Shown piece by piece: positions 27,723 to 36,591 of a stretch of DNA of 64,000 nucleotides; within the stretch, counting starts at the first letter, position 1, and every line of letters starts with the position of its first letter. The notes below the pieces were generated by a model. It searched no databases, was not told where the DNA came from, and worked only from the letters and a program-made list of their open reading frames with translations. Source of the DNA: Phycisphaerales bacterium (GTDB taxonomy: Bacteria; Planctomycetota; Phycisphaerae; Phycisphaerales; UBA1924). A program made the position numbers and the translations under genes. Location: contig JAESRA010000069.1 in assembly GCA_016764895.1 (NCBI GenBank), forward strand, positions 1,045-65,044, in the 5' to 3' direction.

Positions 27723-30122
27723 TCAGGGGCAGCCCTGACCAAAGATCGTCAAGAATCTCGATATATCAAAGAAATCCAGAACGCCATCGTTGTTGAGATC
27801 AGCCTCAATGTTTCCGCTGGTAAAGGCGCTCAGGAACGCAGAAATATCAAAGAAGTCCAGTATCCCATCAGCGGTAAAGTCCGCATCAGAGCACGCCGAG
27901 GTCAACTGGTCCGGGCCTACATACACATTGTCGATGTAGATCGGGTCATCCGAAGACGAACTCATCCGAAGCCGCAGACCGTCGAAAGCCCATGCGGTAA
28001 TCGGAGTCTGGAACTCAAAAGTCTCAGGCGAAGTGCCCAACGAACCAGCGTCGATGATCCCCAGTGATTCCCAGACCCCCGCGACATTCTGGATTTCAAA
28101 TTCGATCGAATCATCCCCACTGGCACCAGGGCCAGCCCACGCATCAACCCGAATAAACCCAGGCGCGATCCCGAACTGCAACATCGGGATATCGAAGGAC
28201 TCGATCACCTGTTCTCCAATAAACTCGGCCGCGTGTGTTGAGTTGCTGATACCAACCCCAACCCCGGTATTGCTCTCCCAACTCAGGGCAGAAACCACAC
28301 CGGTCTCAAACGAGTCTACAAACGGCGCAACCGGAACATTTGAAGGGAGTTCGATTGTAAAGTCGTCAATCAACCATTGGCTCGAAGCCCCCGCCCCATC
28401 AGCGGTAATCCGAATCTGCACGCCATGCCAGCGAAACTCGATAGGAAGCTGCATCGCAAATTGGAGGTAGCCCTGGGTATCAGTTCCTGTTGCTGTGTAG
28501 TCAAGCAGGGTCTGCCATGATCCGTCGGATCGCAAAGACTCGAGCGTTAATGTATCTCCAGAAACAGCCCCATCTATTTTGAGCCCGTAACTGATTACAG
28601 GAAGCTGCGTGATCATCGTCCCGCCCAGCGGGGTACTCGTGATCTGGTCAGATCCATCAAGAAGCAGCACAGAACCAGCTCCCGAAGACTCGGCGTCAAC
28701 AACCGTTGACACCGATCCAGAAGTAATCGAGAACAGATCCATCCACGAAGCACTTTCAAAAGGCTCCGATACCGGGATCGGCATCCGAGGCGTATACACA
28801 AGAGCATCCTGCATCGCATTAAATGTATTGACCCGCCCACGACCAAAGCTGTTGTCTCGCCCAGGGGCACCAAGATCATCAACACTGTTGTACAGAATAT
28901 CTTGAACATCCTGACCGCTCAGATCCGAACGAACCGAGAAGATCATCGCCCCAACACCAGCAGCGATCGGCGATGCATAGCTCGTCCCCGAGCCGTTCCC
29001 GTAGCCCCCACCGACACGGGTAGATCGAACACTTGATCCCGGAGCAACAAGGTCAACACCAGTGCCGAAGTTTGAGAACCCAGATTTGTTGTCGGAGAAT
29101 GTTGTGGATCCAACCATAACAAGATCAATCCCGTCAAAGCCAACAAACGCGTTGTCATTCCCTGCTGCCCAAAAAAGCAGTCCGCCGCGATCAATGATAT
29201 ATTTGGCTGTTGTCTGATTCCCCGATCCACCGCCACCAGAGTACGACACATTGACAACAGTTGCCCCATTATCAATAGCCCACCGGGAACCTTCAAGAAG
29301 ATCAAAGGCGTTCGCATTCCCACTGGCAATATTACTCACCCGCACAGGCATCACACGGAAGTCCCAGCCAGCCCCAACAACCCCGGTCCCGTTGTTTCCT
29401 TGAGCCGCAGCACATCCAGAAACAAAGGTTCCGTGCCCGTTGATATCTTCAATGTTGGCACCATCAGCCTGCGACAGGTTATTCACCGCGTTGTATCCTG
29501 GTACAAGAGCGTCTTGCAGGTCCGGGTGGTTTGTGTCAACCCCTGTATCACACACCGCCACCACAATATCGCTCTCGCCTGTATGCAGATCCCACGCCGC
29601 TGCAGACTGGATTCTGGTGTGTTGCCAGCTCGATCCAAACTGAGGATCATTCGGCGTATTGAGCGGGAAGAGCATCCAGTTGGGCTCAACAAACTTGTAG
29701 TCACCCGTTGCCATCAACATCGCGGCAAACTCGCCTTCGCTGACCCCGTCGGGGACGACGATCGTAAATTCATCAACAAACGCGCTCGATTTAACAACCG
29801 TCTGCCCAAGGCGGGCTCTGGCAACCGGGGCCCGATCGCTCTTGGCATGAACAATAAGCTCCCCAGTGAACTCTCTGTTCCGGGCAGATTCAATAAAGAC
29901 AAGCGGCTCAAGAATCGCAGCTCTCATGACTTCTTCATCGCCGGGCTGAAGAACCAGCACCGATCGGACACGGTCGATTTTCTGAACATCACTCACCCTC
30001 TCAACACCCCGATCCTTTGAATCAGGAGTTGGGGCAGCATTCACGACGCTCGCGGGCAATCCGCAGCACAACAAGAGTGAGCACGCCAGTGTGGCATGAC
30101 CGAGCTTCAAATGGATAGGCAT
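27723..30122 (-). CDS. S8 subtilisin-like serine protease with two jelly-roll-like domains and C-terminal dockerin-like module (island gene I)
   Basis: Signal peptide MPIHLKLGHATLACSLLLCCGLPASVVNA. VAVCDTGVD, HGTFVSGCAAA and GTSYASPIAAGVGAMI. Module at 27726-27893 (56 aa): CSDADFTADGILDFFDISAFLSAFTSGNIEADLNNDGVLDFFDISRFLTIFGQGCP. Confidence 0.9.
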   Translation of the reverse strand: MPIHLKLGHATLACSLLLCCGLPASVVNAAPTPDSKDRGVERVSDVQKIDRVRSVLVLQPGDEEVMRAAILEPLVFIESARNREFTGELIVHAKSDRAPVARARLGQTVVKSSAFVDEFTIVVPDGVSEGEFAAMLMATGDYKFVEPNWMLFPLNTPNDPQFGSSWQHTRIQSAAAWDLHTGESDIVVAVCDTGVDTNHPDLQDALVPGYNAVNNLSQADGANIEDINGHGTFVSGCAAAQGNNGTGVVGAGWDFRVMPVRVSNIASGNANAFDLLEGSRWAIDNGATVVNVSYSGGGGSGNQTTAKYIIDRGGLLFWAAGNDNAFVGFDGIDLVMVGSTTFSDNKSGFSNFGTGVDLVAPGSSVRSTRVGGGYGNGSGTSYASPIAAGVGAMIFSVRSDLSGQDVQDILYNSVDDLGAPGRDNSFGRGRVNTFNAMQDALVYTPRMPIPVSEPFESASWMDLFSITSGSVSTVVDAESSGAGSVLLLDGSDQITSTPLGGTMITQLPVISYGLKIDGAVSGDTLTLESLRSDGSWQTLLDYTATGTDTQGYLQFAMQLPIEFRWHGVQIRITADGAGASSQWLIDDFTIELPSNVPVAPFVDSFETGVVSALSWESNTGVGVGISNSTHAAEFIGEQVIESFDIPMLQFGIAPGFIRVDAWAGPGASGDDSIEFEIQNVAGVWESLGIIDAGSLGTSPETFEFQTPITAWAFDGLRLRMSSSSDDPIYIDNVYVGPDQLTSACSDADFTADGILDFFDISAFLSAFTSGNIEADLNNDGVLDFFDISRFLTIFGQGCP

Positions 30123-30201
30123 GAGTCTTCGTCTCCTAGAAGTTGCCGAGGTGAGTCTCGCGCCTCGGGTTCAGGTATGTGTTGTTGTCAAGTATGATCT
30201 A

Positions 30202-32832
30202 TTACGGGCATCCACTACTAAATGCGGATAGGAATGCAGAGATATCAAAGAAATCCCATGCTCCGTCACCATTAAAGTCACTGATTGGGTCATTGGCACC
30301 AAACGCGCTGAGGAATGCGGAAATATCAAAGAAGTCCAACACACCATCGCCGTTGATGTCGGCGGGGCAAGGGTCTGGCTCGTCAATGAAGTCCATCGTC
30401 ACCGCGATATTGTCCACAAACCAGTCATCGTCGGCCTCATCACCCTGAGCCGTCAAACGAAGCTGCAAATCAGCCCCGTAAGCGATAAACGGAAGCTCCA
30501 GTTGATTCAAATCAAACCCGCTCTGATCAACTCCGTCTGAAACAATCGTGGTCAGTTCGGCCCATGTGCCAATAATGTTCTTGTATTCAACAAGCAACGA
30601 CTCGCCAGCTTCAACACCCTTGTGTTGTGTATAGAACTGAACATACACGATCGGCTCCGCGGTGGTCACATCGATTGATTTGGTGGTCATGCTATCGGTG
30701 TTGTCAAGGTTTGCGCTCAGTGTTCCAGAAGGCTCATTGTCGCCAAGGGTGCTGACAGCGGCGTTGCTCGATTCCCAGTTGAAGTTCAGCGATATTCCGG
30801 ATTCAAAGGTATCGATCCATGGAACAGTGTTGCCCTCAAAGAACTTGATCTCGACATCATCAATGAACCAGTTGTCATCGCTCTGGTCGCTTGTTGTCGT
30901 AAACCGCAACCGGAAATCATTATGAATAGCCAGTCCAGGGACTTCAAGCAGGTGGTACGCAAACTCGCTCTGGTCAACGCCGTCCGACGGGATGACCGTG
31001 AGCGGGGTCCAAATCCCGGCGATGTTTGCATATTCGACAACAAGATCCTCACCCGCCTCGGTGCCTGAGTGTTGTGTGTAGAAACTGATCTGTCCCGTTT
31101 GCAAGAAGAACTCCGCAGCCCGGACCATCACCGTATTGATCTGGGCTGTCCCAGAAAGGTTCAATGAATCAGGCCCGCTGGGTTCAGCCAACGCATCCGA
31201 GTTCACAGTCACAGCCCCGCTTAAATCACGCCAAAGCGCCAGTGACGGATCATTGAACAAATCAGCAAACGGAAGCGATACCGCCGAAGGCCCAAAGATC
31301 GCATCCTCGATAGCCCGGCCAACATTAATCCGTCCGTTCCCAGTCTGGTTATCTTCGCCGACCGCCTGCTTGTCGTCACAAGAGTTCAGTAGAATCGCTT
31401 CAACCTCATCAGCACTCAACGCAGGATTGGCAGAGCGAATCAGCATCAACGCCCCAGCAGTAATCGGAGACGAGAAACTGGTGCCCGTGGTGTTTCCGTA
31501 TCCGCCGCCTCTTGTGGTTGTCTGAATATTGGTTCCGGGAGCGATGCAGTCGATCCCAACACCAAAGTTCGAGAACGCCGCATAGTTATCACTTGAGTTT
31601 GATGCACCAACAATGATCACTTTCGCCCAGTCATTTGTTTGATTGCCCACCCCGCTATTACCCGACGAAAAGACAAGTAAGTTCCCCTGTGACCGGATCG
31701 AAATACCGGTCGTGTTGGTCGCGTTATCCTCGGCCCCGCCATACGAACAGTTCGAAACATACGCGCCGTTGTCCGATCCCCACCGAGCGCCTTGGAGAAT
31801 ATCTGACAGAAATGCAGTCCCCCCAGAGTTAATCGAAACCCGGCAAGACATGATCCCAAAGTTCCACCCGACCCCCGATACCCCAACACCATTATTCCCA
31901 ATAGCCGCGGCCGAACCCGCAACCATAGTCCCATGCCCGTTGAGCGTATCATCAACAATCCCGCCATTGGCTTGCGATAAATTAGTCACCGCATTAAACC
32001 CAGAAACAAGCGCGCCCTGCAAATCAGGATGATCCTGGTCAACACCGGTATCACACACCGCGATAATCTCGCCCGACCCCGTCGTAAAGTCCCACGCGCC
32101 GTAGGTGTCGATCCGTGTAGAAGGGTGGTACCACTGAAGGTTTATCCGTGGATCGTTGGGAATCGTTTCAACCGGGTAGCACAACCAATCGATCGAAACA
32201 AACTCATAATCACCCGTCTGCATCAACACCTCGGCCATCGTCTCGGCACTCACCCCAAACGGGAGATGAATCGTGTGCATATCCACATCATCAAACGCCT
32301 CAATCAATGACGGCTCGATCCGCGACCGCGCTTCGACCATTCGGAGTTGGGCTTGTCCAACAAACTCGGCCCCGCCCTGGGCGCCGGCCGCAACTGCTCG
32401 CACCTGTTGTCCGGCGGCCTCTGCCATCGCCAACTCTGTACTCATCTGCTGAAGCATCTGAGATTGTGTCTTAACCTTCACAGTCAGCCGGTTGGTCCGC
32501 TCTTTGAGCCCGATCGTTTCGGTAAAAATTTCGCTTGGCACAATGCTTCCATCAAGCAAACCCGCATCCCGCGTTTCCCAATTGAACGCCTTGGTGATAC
32601 TCCGCTTCTGAGCATTACTCAAGGAAACAGGAGCCGCCGATCCGCTGATCCTCGTCCCATCTACAGCCTTGATGCCAGGATTCAAAAATGAGTCATTGGC
32701 AACCGCACTCCCACTGGCAAGCACAATCGCCAGCCCTGCTGCTACTGCGGTTATTTTCATTGCCTGGCGGAAGTTTGCCTGGCGGAAATTCGCCTGACGG
32801 AAATTTGTTTGGCGGAGTGTCGAATTTTTCAT
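30202..32832 (-). CDS. S8 subtilisin-like serine protease, paralog of gene I, with duplicated jelly-roll-like domains and C-terminal dockerin-like module (island gene J)
   Basis: ATG 32832 is preceded by AAGGAAAGAG; an alternative ATG at 32760 sits directly before the hydrophobic signal core MKITAVAAGLAIVLASGSAVAN. IAVCDTGVDQDHPDL, GHGTMVAGSAAA and GTSFSSPITAGALMLI. Two ~150-aa repeats end DDNWFIDDVEI and DDDWFVDNIAV. Module at 30205-30369. The ORF track extends to 32976 without support. Confidence 0.9.
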   Translation of the reverse strand: MKNSTLRQTNFRQANFRQANFRQAMKITAVAAGLAIVLASGSAVANDSFLNPGIKAVDGTRISGSAAPVSLSNAQKRSITKAFNWETRDAGLLDGSIVPSEIFTETIGLKERTNRLTVKVKTQSQMLQQMSTELAMAEAAGQQVRAVAAGAQGGAEFVGQAQLRMVEARSRIEPSLIEAFDDVDMHTIHLPFGVSAETMAEVLMQTGDYEFVSIDWLCYPVETIPNDPRINLQWYHPSTRIDTYGAWDFTTGSGEIIAVCDTGVDQDHPDLQGALVSGFNAVTNLSQANGGIVDDTLNGHGTMVAGSAAAIGNNGVGVSGVGWNFGIMSCRVSINSGGTAFLSDILQGARWGSDNGAYVSNCSYGGAEDNATNTTGISIRSQGNLLVFSSGNSGVGNQTNDWAKVIIVGASNSSDNYAAFSNFGVGIDCIAPGTNIQTTTRGGGYGNTTGTSFSSPITAGALMLIRSANPALSADEVEAILLNSCDDKQAVGEDNQTGNGRINVGRAIEDAIFGPSAVSLPFADLFNDPSLALWRDLSGAVTVNSDALAEPSGPDSLNLSGTAQINTVMVRAAEFFLQTGQISFYTQHSGTEAGEDLVVEYANIAGIWTPLTVIPSDGVDQSEFAYHLLEVPGLAIHNDFRLRFTTTSDQSDDNWFIDDVEIKFFEGNTVPWIDTFESGISLNFNWESSNAAVSTLGDNEPSGTLSANLDNTDSMTTKSIDVTTAEPIVYVQFYTQHKGVEAGESLLVEYKNIIGTWAELTTIVSDGVDQSGFDLNQLELPFIAYGADLQLRLTAQGDEADDDWFVDNIAVTMDFIDEPDPCPADINGDGVLDFFDISAFLSAFGANDPISDFNGDGAWDFFDISAFLSAFSSGCP

Positions 32833-33265
32833 TTGTTGGTCTCTTTCCTTATTGAGATGGCCAAGCCTGGGGCTCGCTGTATGTCCGATAAAAAGCCGCA
32901 TACGCAATGATGCACTTGCACCCAGAACCAACTGAGCGACCACGCACACAATGCCCGAATTTTGCCCCGAAATCAAGGCAAAAACCCCTTTAGTACCCCA
33001 GAATCACATGATTCAGGCGTACCCGCGAGCATCTCGGACCCTTCCTCCAGAAGAGCCTAAGAGTTCACACCATCAAGGTCTGAGAACCAGTCCTGTTTCT
33101 CGTCCTGTTTTTCGTCTTACTTTTTCAACACTGAATACATCAGTCACCATCATCAGGACCGATAACAGCAAGTGCCACACAAATCCAGCACCGTCCTACT
33201 CTTCGCATCCCAGCACCCGCTGGTTGCAGATATCGGGCGATTCCACCCCATTCAAACCTAAACAA

Positions 33266-34210
33266 TCAGTCCGCAGGATACGCAGGCTCCTCCCCATCGA
33301 GTACCGCCCACACATCACGCACCACCCAGCTCATCGCCAACTTCGCCTGCCGAGTCGCGGCCGCAATATGAGGCGTCAAAATCACATTCCCAAGCCCCAT
33401 CAGCCCAGAATCACGATCAATCGGCTCAGGATCATGCACATCAAAGATCAGCCTCGCATCAGGATTGGCCCTGGCAAACACAGCCGCGGCCTCAGCATCA
33501 ACCACAAAACCCCTCGATGCGTTCACCAGAATCACATCAGGACGCATCAGGGCAAATTCCCCATGCCCGATCAATCCCCGATTTTTAGCCCGTCCATCGA
33601 CATGCACACTCACGCATCGGCTCTGCCCAAGCAACGCCTCAAACGATTCGCTCGATGCACCATGCGTATCTCTGGGCTCAATATCACGCAAATCATTGAA
33701 CGAAACGACCATCCCCATCCCCAAACCCGCGCGGGCAACCCGCGATCCGATATGCCCCATACCCACAACCCCAAGCGTCGTTCCAACCACAGACCCAGGC
33801 GTAATCGCCGCTTCACGCGCCGCATGCCATTGTTCAGCATGTACATATTCTGTCAGCGCATTGATCGGCCTCAGTGTATTGATCAGCATTGACATCGTGT
33901 ACTCAACCACCGCCATCGCGTTGGCGCGGGGCGTATGAACAACGCGGATTCCCCGGTCAGCGCACGCCTCAAGATCAATATTGTCCAGCCCAACCCCAGC
34001 CCGCCCAACAACCCGCAAATCCGGGGCCCGGTCCAGCATCGCCGCATCAACACGGGTATAAGTCCGCACCACCAGCCCCTGGGCGACAGAGAGCAGTTCC
34101 TCAAACCCGGCATCGTTGACACTATGCGAATGAACATTGCATTTTTTTTCAAGCCACGAACTGGGTTCGCAAGCGATCGATTCAGTGATAAGTAGTATTG
34201 GTTTGTTCAT
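33266..34210 (-). CDS. D-isomer-specific 2-hydroxyacid dehydrogenase (phosphoglycerate dehydrogenase-like)
   Basis: ATG 34210 (MNKPILLITE...). NAD loop LGVVGMGHIGSRVA. LVNASRG, FDVHDPEP and ILTPHIAAAT are family hallmarks. Substrate is not assignable from sequence. Confidence 0.85.
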   Translation of the reverse strand: MNKPILLITESIACEPSSWLEKKCNVHSHSVNDAGFEELLSVAQGLVVRTYTRVDAAMLDRAPDLRVVGRAGVGLDNIDLEACADRGIRVVHTPRANAMAVVEYTMSMLINTLRPINALTEYVHAEQWHAAREAAITPGSVVGTTLGVVGMGHIGSRVARAGLGMGMVVSFNDLRDIEPRDTHGASSESFEALLGQSRCVSVHVDGRAKNRGLIGHGEFALMRPDVILVNASRGFVVDAEAAAVFARANPDARLIFDVHDPEPIDRDSGLMGLGNVILTPHIAAATRQAKLAMSWVVRDVWAVLDGEEPAYPAD

Positions 34211-34449
34211 GGTTCTAAACACTTGAAAACAAAAGAATTGCAACTGTGCCCAAAGAGTGCCCAAAGAAGGCTGGTCACACACACCAGGCTGATTCTACAC
34301 AAGTCCAAGCCCGCTGGTATTGGCCCGGCATTTGGGAAAATTCATGCTATGTCACATTAATGTCCGAATAAGTATCAATCAAAGGCCAGGTCACGGATGA
34401 CCCGGTCTGGACATTCACACGCAGCACCATTCTCTTGGAGGCGCACCAA

Positions 34450-34743
34450 ATGAACAAATCAGACCTTGTAGACTCCGTCGCTTCCCAGCTCGAAACGAGT
34501 AAAGCAGATGCAAGTCGGGCGATCGAAGCCGTCATTGCATCAATTTCTCAAGGGCTTCAGGAAGAACAAAAAGTAGCCATCTCAGGATTCGGAACCTTCA
34601 CCAAAAAACACCGCTCAGCACGCACCGGCATGAACCCCGCAACCAAGCAGCCGATTCAAATCCCTGAATCAACCACATGCTCCTTCAAACCCTCCCAGCA
34701 GCTCAAAGAAAATCTGCACGCCAACACCACGCAATCTGCTTGA
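34450..34743 (+). CDS. hup: HU-family nucleoid-associated DNA-binding protein
   Basis: GGAGG lies 8 nt upstream of ATG 34450. MNKSDLVDSVA...ISGFGTFTKKHRSARTGMNPATKQPIQIPESTTCSFKPSQQLK matches the HU/IHF fold signature. Confidence 0.9.
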   Translation: MNKSDLVDSVASQLETSKADASRAIEAVIASISQGLQEEQKVAISGFGTFTKKHRSARTGMNPATKQPIQIPESTTCSFKPSQQLKENLHANTTQSA

Positions 34744-34838
34744 GCAACAAACAACAGTTCGACCGGATCGCCAGGCCTGACCCACACTCATCGCCGACCA
34801 CACCGACCCGAGCCGATCAATCTCCGAACCCTACTGAA

Positions 34839-34861
34839 CCCCGCATTTGGCGGGGTTTTTT
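34839..34861 (+). terminator. Rho-independent terminator after hup
   Basis: CCCCGC-ATTTG-GCGGGG followed by TTTTTT. Confidence 0.8.
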
Positions 34862-34905
34862 AGAACCAATCATGTCTTCAATCAGAAAGTTTTAATCAGA
34901 AAGCT

Positions 34906-36519
34906 TCAACCAGAAAACGCATCCTCAGCAAGATCAATCGCGCGCCCAAGAGCCGCCGCTTTATTGACAGTCTCAAGAAACTCAAGCTCGGCCACAGAAT
35001 CCGCAACAATCCCCCCAGCCGCCTGGATGTGATACTCCCAAGTTCCATCAGAATCAGATTCATCAATCCGATCAATCGGCACCACAATCGTCCGCAGCGC
35101 AAGAGCAATATCCATCTCCTGATCAAGCCCAACCCACCCAAGCCCACCGCCATAAGGCCCCCGCCGAACCTTCTCAAGCTCATCAATAATCTGCATCGCC
35201 CGAACCTTGGGTGCCCCCGAAATAGTCCCCACAGGCAGCGCAGCACGCAACGCATCCCAGCAATCAAGCCCCTCCCGCACAACCCCCGTCACCGTCGAAG
35301 AAATATGCATCACATGCGAGTACCGCTCGATATCCATCACCGATTCAAGCTGAACCGACCCCGGCACCGCAACCCGCCCAACATCATTCCGCCCAAGATC
35401 AACCAACATCGAATGCTCAGAACATTCCTTAGGATCAGCAAGCAACTCCCGCTCAAGGGCCAAATCCTCCTCCGGCGTCCGCCCCCGCCTCCGCGTCCCC
35501 GCCAGCGGACGATTCGTCACCACCAACCTCCCATCATCCCCCCGCCGAACCCGGCACAAAATCTCAGGCGACGACGCCACCAAAATACACCCGCTCGTCT
35601 GCAAATACACCATATAAGGCGAAGGATTCACCGCACGCAAAGACCGATACACATCAAACGGATCCGCATTGGTCCGCCGCTCAAACCGATGCCCCAGCAC
35701 CACCTGAAACACATCCCCAGCTTTGATATATTCCCGCGCCTTCTCGACCATCGCCGCGTGTTCTTGGCGCGTCGTGTTGGCCGGCATCGCAACGGTCTTT
35801 ACCGAAGGCTTCCGCGCCACCCGTCCAAGCACCAATGGCCGAGCATGGTGCTGAATCTCCACCGCAAGGGCCTCAAGGTCCACCAGCGATTGGTCATACA
35901 TCACAGCAAGATCATCACCAAGATTTACAACCGCCAGCCGGACCAAATGCACAAGCTTCTCAACATGATCAAAGATCACCAGCGTGTCATACAACCCAAA
36001 CGCAATCTCAGGCAACCCCCGATCATCCCGCGGCGCATGCTCAGGATTAAGTTTCACCGGCTCAGCGTACCGCACCGAGTCATACCCCGCATACCCAAAC
36101 CATCCACCCAAAACACACTCCGGGATCAGCCCCTGATCAACCGCATCACTCGGCAGAGCCAGGTGCCAGCCATCGGAAATCTCCCGTACTTTGGCCAGTG
36201 GATCGGCGCATGGCTCAGTCGTGGTCTGCCCGCTCCGGTGATCCGCAATGGTGATTTTCCCGTCACGGGCACTGACCTCGATCACCGGGCGCGACCCAAG
36301 AATCGAATGCCGCCCCTGATGCGTCCCCCCCTCGACCGATTCAAGCAAAAACGACGGCGCAGTCCGATCATCAGCACTCACCAATCTCCGGTACGCCAAG
36401 ACCGGCGTAAGCTGGTCGGCAAGCACCCGAATACCAATCGGCACCACAACAACCCCGTGTCCGTTCTTGCGGGCATTGTCAACGGCCTGGGTAAATTCTT
36501 GAAGTGTTGAAGACGGCAT
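34906..36519 (-). CDS. trpE: anthranilate synthase component I
   Basis: ATG 36519 (MPSSTLQEF...). FLLESVEGG, SPEILCRV, GAPKVRAMQIIDELE and RGPYGGGLGWV are TrpE/chorismate-binding motifs. No trpG is adjacent. Confidence 0.9.
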   Translation of the reverse strand: MPSSTLQEFTQAVDNARKNGHGVVVVPIGIRVLADQLTPVLAYRRLVSADDRTAPSFLLESVEGGTHQGRHSILGSRPVIEVSARDGKITIADHRSGQTTTEPCADPLAKVREISDGWHLALPSDAVDQGLIPECVLGGWFGYAGYDSVRYAEPVKLNPEHAPRDDRGLPEIAFGLYDTLVIFDHVEKLVHLVRLAVVNLGDDLAVMYDQSLVDLEALAVEIQHHARPLVLGRVARKPSVKTVAMPANTTRQEHAAMVEKAREYIKAGDVFQVVLGHRFERRTNADPFDVYRSLRAVNPSPYMVYLQTSGCILVASSPEILCRVRRGDDGRLVVTNRPLAGTRRRGRTPEEDLALERELLADPKECSEHSMLVDLGRNDVGRVAVPGSVQLESVMDIERYSHVMHISSTVTGVVREGLDCWDALRAALPVGTISGAPKVRAMQIIDELEKVRRGPYGGGLGWVGLDQEMDIALALRTIVVPIDRIDESDSDGTWEYHIQAAGGIVADSVAELEFLETVNKAAALGRAIDLAEDAFSG

Positions 36520-36591
36520 ATTGGGCAGTCTATGCGTATGGAATTGCCGAGCCGACGAACCCAAGCCGGGTCAGGGCGGTACAGTGTAGAG

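Noticed and set aside
12330-32976. Calling the dockerin-tail island a mobile genomic island
   Set aside because: There is no integrase, transposase, flanking tRNA or direct-repeat boundary in the window, and I did not notice any compositional contrast with the flanking genes.
32951-33892. 313-aa ORF on the plus strand
   Set aside because: It is antisense to the 2-hydroxyacid dehydrogenase and runs through non-coding DNA. It has a Pro/Arg/His-rich composition and no motif.
35029-36510. 493-aa ORF on the plus strand
   Set aside because: It is entirely antisense to trpE, which has unambiguous motifs. The translation is Pro/Arg/His/Asn-rich low complexity, typical of the reverse frame of a GC-rich gene.
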